From: a virus
Taxonomy: Duplodnaviria; Caudoviricetes
Length of the DNA stretch: 64,000 bases
Virus record (IMG/VR): IMGVR_UViG_3300013121_000046
Reading direction: 5' to 3' (one strand)
Shown: positions 55,843-62,829 of the stretch, in pieces
Numbering within the stretch: position 1 is the stretch's first letter
Layout of the letters: the number at the start of each line of letters is the position of its first letter
Made by a program: the position numbers and the translations under genes
The notes under the pieces: model-generated
What the model saw: the letters and a program-made list of their open reading frames with translations, nothing else
Databases searched by the model: none
What the model was told of the DNA's origin: nothing

Positions 55843-56436
55843 TCAAGTCTGAGTCTCAAAAAGTAACTCCCCAGTTTTCTCTAGACATACCCCAGAAACT
55901 CTGGATATTACCTGCTGCCCTAGCTCCAAACGGCTCCGATTGATCTCATGCGTAGAAAACTTTAAGGGCTGACTCGGATCAAATCCCCGAGGTGATATCT
56001 TTGCTCCCTTAATCCGATTACATTTAATACATGAGAGTCTTAAATTTTCTGGTGAGTGTGTCCCACCCAAACTGGTTGGAATTAAGTGATCCACTGTGGT
56101 TTTCTCCCAGGCTAACTGAATACCACAAAGATAACACCGTGGGTTAGACGCCCACAACCTTAGTCGCTCTTTCCGAAGGTACTTGTAGTAGGTTTTACGA
56201 CCCGAAACAGTCAGTATTAAATGGCTTCTCCTACACTGGAAGATTGCTTTAACAACCTCTGGATTAAAGGGGTACTCCCAACTAGTCATAGGGAACACGA
56301 ACACTACCTTATTTACCCCTTTGCGAAAGACTTTAATCCGATGCCTACCATCCGTAATCCCCCACTTTACCTCACTAATATACACCGGGATTAAACCAAC
56401 AGCCTCCACCTTTCTCTTAAAAGTGATATACTTCAT
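55843..56436 (-). CDS. HNH endonuclease
   Basis: CYLCG, TVDHLIP.S.GG...ENL..SC..CN..KG. Confidence 0.88.
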   Translation of the reverse strand: MKYITFKRKVEAVGLIPVYISEVKWGITDGRHRIKVFRKGVNKVVFVFPMTSWEYPFNPEVVKAIFQCRRSHLILTVSGRKTYYKYLRKERLRLWASNPRCYLCGIQLAWEKTTVDHLIPTSLGGTHSPENLRLSCIKCNRIKGAKISPRGFDPSQPLKFSTHEINRSRLELGQQVISRVSGVCLEKTGELLFETQT

Positions 56437-56477
56437 CGTCGATCCTCCCGATGACCTTTTAACCTCCCAAGAGATAC

Positions 56478-56572
56478 AAAAAAAGCTAGGTACTTTCGCC
56501 CTAGCTTTTCATCTCCAGGGATGCTTCCTGGGCTCCTATTTCACCGAATTTTTCCTACCTATGAAGACTTTC
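56478..56572 (-). ncRNA. Candidate ~95-nt small RNA (promoter-to-terminator unit without a substantial ORF)
   Basis: GGGGTATACC promoter-like motif at 56578..56587, CCAGG/CCTGG hairpin, terminator AAAAGCTAGG/CCTAGCTTTT at 56478..56509. Confidence 0.4.
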
Positions 56573-56655
56573 CGCTAGGTATACCCCCATACTCTCGGGA
56601 CACATCTGATGAAATTTTCCACACCATACGTCTAAATCACGAGACCCCGAGTAGG

Positions 56656-57048
56656 CTAAGATTTGGAACCAAACGAGGGAACTGGCTTTCTAACCAGTTT
56701 CGATTCTACAGAGGCTTTACTGCTATACTCCTCTACAGGAGCCTTACTGCTGCTTTCCAGCCCTCGGGGGATACCTAGCTTCAATATCTCTGAGACTTTA
56801 TTCCACACATACAGGAAGAAAAGCAGGTTAGTGTTTACCACCAGTATCAGGATCGCAATAAAATCATGCCATCCCACCAACCTCGGGTCTCTCGACCAGT
56901 AAAAAAGATAGGTGTAGGTACAAATTTGAGACAAACCCCCATAACTCAAACACCAGATTCTGAGCAGGAGGTTTAGTGCTCGCAATCGAGATACCAGATC
57001 CATATCTAGAACCTGTCCTTCACCGAACCAATGTTCAACTCCGAACAT
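56656..57048 (-). CDS. Hypothetical membrane protein
   Basis: Two hydrophobic segments. Confidence 0.55.
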   Translation of the reverse strand: MFGVEHWFGEGQVLDMDLVSRLRALNLLLRIWCLSYGGLSQICTYTYLFYWSRDPRLVGWHDFIAILILVVNTNLLFFLYVWNKVSEILKLGIPRGLESSSKAPVEEYSSKASVESKLVRKPVPSFGSKS

Positions 57049-57066
57049 TCCTGGAATGCCCGATAA

Positions 57067-57525
57067 TCACTTCCGTTTAGCCACAGAAGTCGAAGTAGCG
57101 ACCGAGGTCGCCGTCTTCGACGAATCCTTCTGCGGCAGCGGCGCTTCAATCCACCCCATAATTGCCTCAACGCATCGGCAAAGGTACTCCACCTCCTTAA
57201 CCAACTCGGTCAACCGACGAGACGCCTGACCCGACCCACCACTTCGCGACCGACGAGACGAACCGCTAGGCCGAGTTTTGCTCGTGAGTCCCAACTCCCG
57301 AGCCAAGGCCCGAAAAGTGCTGGAAGACACATCAAAACCTACATCCTTGCTGACCTGAGCCGCAAAAGTCTTCAGGCTTCGATTGCCCCATTCACGAATC
57401 ACCATCTCCTTATTGGCCCGAACCCAATCATTCACGGCGATCACCTCAGAAATCGACAAGCTTCGAGGAGTTTTCCGAGGGCTACTCTTCTTAGTCACAA
57501 CCACAAAACATCTCCTTAAAAACAA
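57067..57525 (-). CDS. Basic putative DNA-binding protein
   Basis: HTH-like segment and S/R-rich tail; start likely at GTG with AGGAG RBS. Confidence 0.55.
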   Translation of the reverse strand: MFLRRCFVVVTKKSSPRKTPRSLSISEVIAVNDWVRANKEMVIREWGNRSLKTFAAQVSKDVGFDVSSSTFRALARELGLTSKTRPSGSSRRSRSGGSGQASRRLTELVKEVEYLCRCVEAIMGWIEAPLPQKDSSKTATSVATSTSVAKRK

Positions 57526-57549
57526 CGAAAAAATCAGAATCCAAGGGGG

Positions 57550-57774
57550 TTAACGACACCCAGAAGTACAATCGTCCTCTTCATCCGAAGACTGTGTATT
57601 CGCAATCAAAACCTGCAAAGCATGATCGTAATCCCCACTTCGGCAGTCCTTCAACACAGTATCAATTTCATTAGGCGTCCAACCTTCCTTCTTGGCCTGC
57701 CTCTGAAAGGCACCCATAAGAAAGAAGATGTTACCGTCTAGACCGCACAAATCCAGGTTTACCTTTTTGGGCAT
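57550..57774 (-). CDS. Conserved small phage protein
   Basis: L.G.DGN.F.LMG......K.GW...EI.......SGDYDH.L. Confidence 0.75.
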   Translation of the reverse strand: MPKKVNLDLCGLDGNIFFLMGAFQRQAKKEGWTPNEIDTVLKDCRSGDYDHALQVLIANTQSSDEEDDCTSGCR

Positions 57775-57806
57775 ACCTTTTTCCTTTTGTCACCCAGCCC
57801 TAACCA

Positions 57807-57820
57807 AGTATACCCTAAAA
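57807..57820 (-). promoter_or_regulatory. Conserved phage promoter motif (TTTTAGGGTATACT)
   Basis: Repeated motif ~32 nt upstream of the 57774 ATG. Confidence 0.6.
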
Positions 57821-57852
57821 TATGTCTTTGGGTACTAGATTTTTCGGATTTC

Positions 57853-58038
57853 TTAGAGAAGTTTGGCCTCTTCGTAGTCCTCCCGACGAATACTGGCTTT
57901 GGCCAAACGACGTTCCTTTTTGTGAGTCAAATTTTTAGTGCTGCGACCGGGAAGTTCCCAACCACCGAGGCGGGACTTCCAGTACTCATACCCAGGGCCT
58001 TTAGACCCTTTAACAGTTTTTCCCATAAAACACCCCAC
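57853..58038 (-). CDS. Small basic hypothetical protein
   Basis: KG.KGPGYEYW.SR...K.LTHK.ERR motif. Confidence 0.6.
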   Translation of the reverse strand: MGCFMGKTVKGSKGPGYEYWKSRLGGWELPGRSTKNLTHKKERRLAKASIRREDYEEAKLL

Positions 58039-58068
58039 AAAAGAATAAGACGCTTCAAATCACTAAGG

Positions 58069-58151
58069 CGGAAGCGGAGGGACTCGAACCCTCAACCGGT
58101 TACCCGGCCCCAGTTTTCAAGACTGGTCCCTAGCCAATTCGGGTCGCTTCC
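58069..58151 (-). tRNA. tRNA-Ser (TGA)
   Basis: GGAAGCG/CGCTTCC acceptor, CCAGT-CTTGAAA-ACTGG anticodon arm, long variable arm, G discriminator. Confidence 0.9.
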
Positions 58152-58509
58152 GTGAGTGAGCCTGAATTTTTTTACTTCGGCAAGAGGTACACTGGGTCGA
58201 TTTTCCTCGAAGGATATTCCTTCGATCTACGAACAGTACCTTGCCACACTGGCACCGCACCTCCCAAAGATTGGGGTTGTTCGGGGCGGGCCCCAGTACA
58301 ATCCAATCGCCAAACTGTTTTCCCCAGTATTCAGTATCTAAGGCAAGCCGTCGAGGAATCTCCCCAATGGCCACCTGAAATGCCATGTTTTTCGATAGCC
58401 CCCGTCGAATCAATCGCAGAATCTTCTGCTTAAAAGCTAGGGGATATTTACCCTGTTCCTTAGCCCATTCCTCCACAGTTTTTCCTCTCCAGGACCAACC
58501 ATCCCCCAT
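58117..58509 (-). pseudogene. Truncated homing-endonuclease-like gene (DNA-binding modules only), running into tRNA-Ser
   Basis: KT.EEWA and GK.FG.W.VL...W..RC.CG.......L..GKST.C..C modules; no HNH nuclease; last 35 nt overlap the tRNA. Confidence 0.5.
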
Positions 58510-58512
58510 ATT

Positions 58513-58782
58513 TTACCCTTTCTCATCCATCGAAGACACCTGAATAATTTCCTTAATACTGTCTTTAGGCAGAATGCCTAAACTCCGACAGTTACTACGA
58601 AGTTCTTCCTCTTGTGCCTTTCGCTCAGCCTCAATCTCAAAATCATACATATAATCTTCAGAAGAAATCCCCTCAAGATCAACAAAATCAGCCCAAGCTG
58701 ACTGTTCCTTCTGTTTAGGCAGACTCTCTTCCTGATAGACTGCCCAAGCAGCATAAAAAATGGGGCAAGAAACGCAGAGCAT
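58513..58782 (-). CDS. Hypothetical protein
   Basis: ORF in operon. Confidence 0.5.
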   Translation of the reverse strand: MLCVSCPIFYAAWAVYQEESLPKQKEQSAWADFVDLEGISSEDYMYDFEIEAERKAQEEELRSNCRSLGILPKDSIKEIIQVSSMDEKG

Positions 58783-59042
58783 CGCTCTACTAATTCAGCC
58801 CTGGGAATATCCTCCACCCAATTCCATTTCGTCTCAAAACGTAGATGGAGAGTCGCTGCATTTTGACCCGAGGTCATCGGATCAACCAAAATTCCCTTCA
58901 ACTGTCCCACCGGCTGGTCTGAGGCCATGAAGATATCCAAAGCTGCCCAACAGGAGGAAAAAATGCTCAAGCACTCTCCACGAAGTTCACCCAAAAAAAC
59001 CTTCGGGTTAAGCTGGTACACAGCTATTTCCCCTTGATGCAA
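58578..59042 (-). CDS. Hypothetical protein (3' overlap with neighbour uncertain)
   Basis: ORF downstream of promoter motif; likely GTG start ~59021. Confidence 0.4.
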   Translation of the reverse strand: MHQGEIAVYQLNPKVFLGELRGECLSIFSSCWAALDIFMASDQPVGQLKGILVDPMTSGQNAATLHLRFETKWNWVEDIPRAELVERCSAFLAPFFMLLGQSIRKRVCLNRRNSQLGLILLILRGFLLKIICMILRLRLSERHKRKNFVVTVGV

Positions 59043-59066
59043 AAATCAGAGAAACCTCTGCCTGTA

Positions 59067-59082
59067 GATATATACCTCAAAA
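59067..59082 (-). promoter_or_regulatory. Conserved phage promoter motif (TTTTGAGGTATATATC)
   Basis: Variant of the repeated motif. Confidence 0.55.
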
Positions 59083-59093
59083 TATCGGCAGAG

Positions 59094-59420
59094 TTAAAAT
59101 TTTTTCCAAAAACCGGTGGAAAGCCACAAACCAACTGAAAAAAACCAGCCTAGACTCAAGAAAAACAAAATTGTAGCCCATTGTTTCCAGGACTGCCAAT
59201 CAAATTTATCATCGTACACTAACTCAGCCAAATAACCCAACATAGTAGCGATACAAAAGATCAGTGCTGGTAACGCTACCGCAGACACTATCTCCTTATT
59301 GTCCACCGCCCACCTAGATACCTCCGTCCAATACCCAGGTTTAATTTTTTCTATGGAGTCCCCCTCCCCCAAAGCGAGAGTACACACTAAGATAGTGACT
59401 GGTATCATAACCCCCTCCAT
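59094..59420 (-). CDS. Hypothetical membrane protein
   Basis: Signal-like N-terminus and two TM segments. Confidence 0.6.
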   Translation of the reverse strand: MEGVMIPVTILVCTLALGEGDSIEKIKPGYWTEVSRWAVDNKEIVSAVALPALIFCIATMLGYLAELVYDDKFDWQSWKQWATILFFLSLGWFFSVGLWLSTGFWKKF

Positions 59421-59424
59421 AGGG

Positions 59425-59784
59425 TTAGGGTTTTGATCGAATAAACTCTTCTACTTCAGCGAGATTCTTTACAGCCTCTTCCCGGGCAGCCTTTAGCGTC
59501 TCCAATTTCACAGCCACAGCTTCCAGCACCGTCCCGAGGGACATTTCTGGGGTGGCTCCTACCGCCTCCCGAATCCGATCCATTGCGGACTTACTTCGGG
59601 AAATCTTCCTGTCGGAATCTTCTGAAAAAAAGAAGTCTATCTCCTGTTGCGCCTCAACCCGAGTCAGGGGTAACTCCCTCACCAAACAGTTTACCGCCTC
59701 ATCCAAATCCCAACGGGGATGTTGCTCCAGGTGGAATTCCTCTTCTAGTGACTCAGCAAGCTTGAAGGCAAGCTTTTTAGCCAC
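59425..59784 (-). CDS. Hypothetical protein
   Basis: ORF in operon. Confidence 0.6.
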   Translation of the reverse strand: MAKKLAFKLAESLEEEFHLEQHPRWDLDEAVNCLVRELPLTRVEAQQEIDFFFSEDSDRKISRSKSAMDRIREAVGATPEMSLGTVLEAVAVKLETLKAAREEAVKNLAEVEEFIRSKP

Positions 59785-59828
59785 TCACAAATATTCCGAG
59801 GATTTGTCAAATTCTTCCCCTGAATTAC

Positions 59829-60104
59829 TCATCCAAAAATCACCTTTTCAATCGGACCTTTTTTCTGCAATTCTCGCACATGACACAAGCGACATGGGAG
59901 ATACACCTTCCCCCCACAAGTAGGACATTTTACCGGAACAGCCGATACCGTTGCTCTTGGACCAATTGAACCCGATCCGCCCACAATCTGACGAATTACC
60001 TCCCTCCGTAACTTAAAATCCCGAGACAATTTACGAATGGAGTGTCCATCCATATGAAGATTTAGAATATCTATGTCTCGCTGCTTCCGGACTCGTTCCA
60101 TCAC
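59829..60104 (-). CDS. HTH plus Zn-finger small protein
   Basis: G.SIRKLSR....RE.I HTH; CPTCGGKVYLPCRLC, a motif I associate with planctomycete proteins. Confidence 0.7.
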   Translation of the reverse strand: MMERVRKQRDIDILNLHMDGHSIRKLSRDFKLRREVIRQIVGGSGSIGPRATVSAVPVKCPTCGGKVYLPCRLCHVRELQKKGPIEKVIFG

Positions 60105-60115
60105 ACTTCTCCAAG

Positions 60116-60189
60116 TAGGCCTGGTAGGACTCGAACCTACGACCTGGATCTTATAAGGCTCCTGCTCTAACCACCTGAGCTACAGGCCC
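60116..60189 (-). tRNA. tRNA-Ile (TAT)
   Basis: GGGCCTG/CAGGCCT acceptor, anticodon loop CT-TAT-AA, TTCGAGT T-loop, A discriminator; one mismatch in the anticodon stem. Confidence 0.85.
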
Positions 60190-60219
60190 AATATCTCTTT
60201 GAAAACTACATCCCCATAG

Positions 60220-60293
<74 letters not shown>

Positions 60294-60320
60294 AAAAATT
60301 CTCTACCCTCTTCTAGACCC

Positions 60321-60560
60321 CTATTTATCCAGAACTTCCACGGCGGCAGTAACTTCTACCTGCGAGGGAATATCCGCATCCAAGATTTCAACGGCGGCAA
60401 AGGCCCGTTGAATACCAAGGTTAACTAGACCGGATAGGGCAGCTTCCCGCTCTTCGGGGATAAGATTCAGAATCTCCGTCACCGCATCCAGAGTCAACTC
60501 TTTGCTAATCCCATACTCCACCAACAAAGAAGCCATCAGGGACAATTTCTTTTTGTCCAT
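60321..60560 (-). CDS. Hypothetical protein
   Basis: ATG with GGGGA RBS. Confidence 0.6.
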   Translation of the reverse strand: MDKKKLSLMASLLVEYGISKELTLDAVTEILNLIPEEREAALSGLVNLGIQRAFAAVEILDADIPSQVEVTAAVEVLDK

Positions 60561-60608
60561 AACTCAAGTCCCCTAAATTATCCAAAAGAAGAAACCAAGC
60601 TTAACCGA

Positions 60609-60911
60609 CTACGCCACCCCGACAAACTCCTTGGCTGAATTGATCCCCGCAAGACGCATCGAAGCCAGAAAAGTCCCTACCGCAACCTGATCCATGCCAC
60701 AATCCAAAGCCTCACTCGCATCCCTCAGACCCTCCTCGATAGCAACCTTAACTTGTCTGCGAAGTATCAAAACCAACCCTTCAATTTCCGAATCTGACAG
60801 GTTATTAGGCTTATACCCATTGCTGTGCAGCCACTTTATTGAAGAGTCCATAGCAACCGTAGCGGCATGGATCGCAAGCTGCTCCATCTTCCCCTGATTC
60901 ACTGCGTCCAT
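60609..60911 (-). CDS. Hypothetical protein
   Basis: ATG with GGAGG RBS, downstream of promoter motif. Confidence 0.65.
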   Translation of the reverse strand: MDAVNQGKMEQLAIHAATVAMDSSIKWLHSNGYKPNNLSDSEIEGLVLILRRQVKVAIEEGLRDASEALDCGMDQVAVGTFLASMRLAGINSAKEFVGVA

Positions 60912-60964
60912 AACCCAAAGTCCTCCAAAATTCCCAAATTCAAGTAGGAAAGCGAAACCCTACT

Positions 60965-60980
60965 GATATATACCCAAAAA
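60965..60980 (-). promoter_or_regulatory. Conserved phage promoter motif (TTTTTGGGTATATATC)
   Basis: Variant of the repeated motif. Confidence 0.55.
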
Positions 60981-60985
60981 TTATT

Positions 60986-61357
60986 CTAGTTTAGCGAGAA
61001 TCTCGGAGAAAAGTTAGTACTCATATCCGAAGGGTCCAAAGGGGAGGGATCGGAATCATCCCCCCCATCGTCATCATCCTCGTCGTCATCATCTGAAAAA
61101 AAGCACTCCTGAACAATCTCCCCCAAACGGAGTATTTCAGCTTCGACTTGAGTTAACCTGCGAATATGCAGACGATGCCACTGACCTAACTCTTCAAGGT
61201 AAGACTCAGCCAACATCCGCAAATTCCAAATAATCCTAGTAAGAACAAGGGAGAATAGAAGGCAAAAAGCAAAACCCAAGCAACCAAAAGCGAACAACCA
61301 AGCCCACCAAGGAATTAGGGTAAGCATGTTAGCACCTGAGAAGAAAAAGGAATTCAA
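60986..61357 (-). CDS. Membrane protein with acidic tail
   Basis: N-terminal TM segment, coiled coil, poly-Asp. Confidence 0.6.
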   Translation of the reverse strand: MNSFFFSGANMLTLIPWWAWLFAFGCLGFAFCLLFSLVLTRIIWNLRMLAESYLEELGQWHRLHIRRLTQVEAEILRLGEIVQECFFSDDDDEDDDDGGDDSDPSPLDPSDMSTNFSPRFSLN

Positions 61358-61436
61358 TCAACCCCTCTTCCCCTGTAAATCGGGTCGCAAAAAACACTAA
61401 AGACCAGTAACCCACCAAATTGGGGACTATCCTAAG

Positions 61437-61510
61437 TAGGCCCGGCTGGACTCGAACCAGCAACCTGCGGATTAGAAGTCCGCTGCTCTATCCAATTGAG
61501 CTACGAGCCC
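61437..61510 (-). tRNA. tRNA-Arg (TCT)
   Basis: GGGCTCG/CGGGCCT acceptor, GCGGA-CTTCTAA-TCCGC anticodon arm, TTCGAGT T-loop. Confidence 0.92.
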
Positions 61511-61527
61511 AAATCAAAACAACAACC

Positions 61528-62133
61528 TCAACCCCAGTATCCATACCAAGCCTTAGGCGCATCACTCAGCATCCGAGAATACTTTCTTTTTAATTTCACC
61601 ACTTCCGGATCAGAAGACCTTAGAGGGTAGTTCCAAATATCCATCCAAATACTGTCGTAGGTTTCCCCTTTCGCCCGTCGCCAGGTCAATACATCCGCCT
61701 GTTGAATGGTAACCCTGGAATCTTCGATATAAGGCCCTACCAAGTTAATTACGTCTGGATTCTTTTCCAAAATAAGAATACTTTTTGGAGGTTCCTCTTT
61801 AGCTAACAACCCCTTAACCAACATCCCCAAACCCAAACCCCCAATCAAGACTTTTCCCTTCAATCTTCGCAAAGCGTAGCGATTAGTCTCCCGCTCATTC
61901 CGAGTATCTGACATAACAATCTCACCATCCACCAATAACTTTGCATATTGGCCGGCATCCACTCGTTCCGATGGCCTATGGTTTATCATAGCTCGAAGAT
62001 CCCCAAGCTTAGCTTGATCCTCGGTCACTACAAAATGCTGAATCTCAGCACTATTCCGCTTCCCCTCGGGAAGCACCTCCACCATTCGAGGAAATCCCAA
62101 CAAATCAGTGGGGGCCAATTCTATCGACGACAT
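61528..62133 (-). CDS. Spermidine-synthase-like SAM-dependent methyltransferase
   Basis: VMSDT..E, GKVLIGGLGLG, ILEKN.DVI.LV, D, YD.IW.DIW. Confidence 0.8.
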   Translation of the reverse strand: MSSIELAPTDLLGFPRMVEVLPEGKRNSAEIQHFVVTEDQAKLGDLRAMINHRPSERVDAGQYAKLLVDGEIVMSDTRNERETNRYALRRLKGKVLIGGLGLGMLVKGLLAKEEPPKSILILEKNPDVINLVGPYIEDSRVTIQQADVLTWRRAKGETYDSIWMDIWNYPLRSSDPEVVKLKRKYSRMLSDAPKAWYGYWG

Positions 62134-62148
62134 TATTTATACCTCCAA

Positions 62149-62207
62149 CACCCTAGTCACTAACATTCTCTACATTAGTTAGCTTAGCCAGCAGGCGACT
62201 AAACCTT
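62149..62207. repeat. 59-bp direct repeat, copy 1
   Basis: CACCCTAgTCACTAACATTCTCTACATTAGTTAGCTTAGCCAGCAGGCGACTAAACCTT; one mismatch to copy 2. Confidence 0.92.
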
Positions 62208-62222
62208 CCCCATCTCTCGTTC

Positions 62223-62447
62223 TCAACAAATGGTTTCAACCATCTGACTCCCATCAAGGAATGCGACTGCAAGACTCTCACCGTTCGTTGGCTCAGGACA
62301 GATTGCGTTCACTCCTGACCTACGAAAGGAGTCAGCCACATTCCTTCCCAGAGCCCAATAAACAGTGTTGATGACTTTGACCCACACCTCCCCTTGATAG
62401 GAAAAAATATCTCCTGCCTTCACGTCTCGAAAGTAGCACGGCGTCAT
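62223..62447 (-). CDS. Small hypothetical protein flanked by direct repeats
   Basis: ATG with GGAGG RBS; F.DVK.GD.F.Y.G..W.K motif. Confidence 0.65.
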   Translation of the reverse strand: MTPCYFRDVKAGDIFSYQGEVWVKVINTVYWALGRNVADSFRRSGVNAICPEPTNGESLAVAFLDGSQMVETIC

Positions 62448-62486
62448 TTTTTATACCTCCAAACATCATTGCCCAATACCAACTCT

Positions 62487-62545
62487 CACCCTAATCACTA
62501 ACATTCTCTACATTAGTTAGCTTAGCCAGCAGGCGACTAAACCTT
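62487..62545. repeat. 59-bp direct repeat, copy 2 (encodes C-terminus of 62491..62745)
   Basis: Matches copy 1 at 58/59 positions. Confidence 0.92.
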
Positions 62546-62745
62546 TCTACTGACGACTTAGACAGATGGCAGGCATTCAAACAGACACCATTAAAAAGAT
62601 TTGCCCCGCATTTTGGGCAACAATCTTTCTCAAAGCCAATTCGCTCCATAAGCTCTGCCTCTCTTCCACACTTTGGACAGGATAAAATACTTTCCTCTTC
62701 TGATATCTCTCCTCCACAACCCCAACACTTGAACGTATGTGGCAT
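62491..62745 (-). CDS. Multi-CxxC Zn-ribbon protein, first phage gene at the junction
   Basis: CWGC, CPKC, CPKC, CLNAC; ATG at 62745 with AAGGA RBS. Confidence 0.65.
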   Translation of the reverse strand: MPHTFKCWGCGGEISEEESILSCPKCGREAELMERIGFEKDCCPKCGANLFNGVCLNACHLSKSSVERFSRLLAKLTNVENVSD

Positions 62746-62829
62746 ACTACATTCCTTAGATTTAGGATACCAACCGCAACTGACCGGGCGCTTCGACGAC
62801 CGAAAAATTGCTCCTAACACCTTTATTTA

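Noticed and set aside
62149-62545. 59-bp repeat as att site or DGR template/variable repeat pair
   Set aside because: Both copies lie on the phage side 338 bp apart; the single difference is a synonymous C/T on the coding strand; no reverse transcriptase in the window
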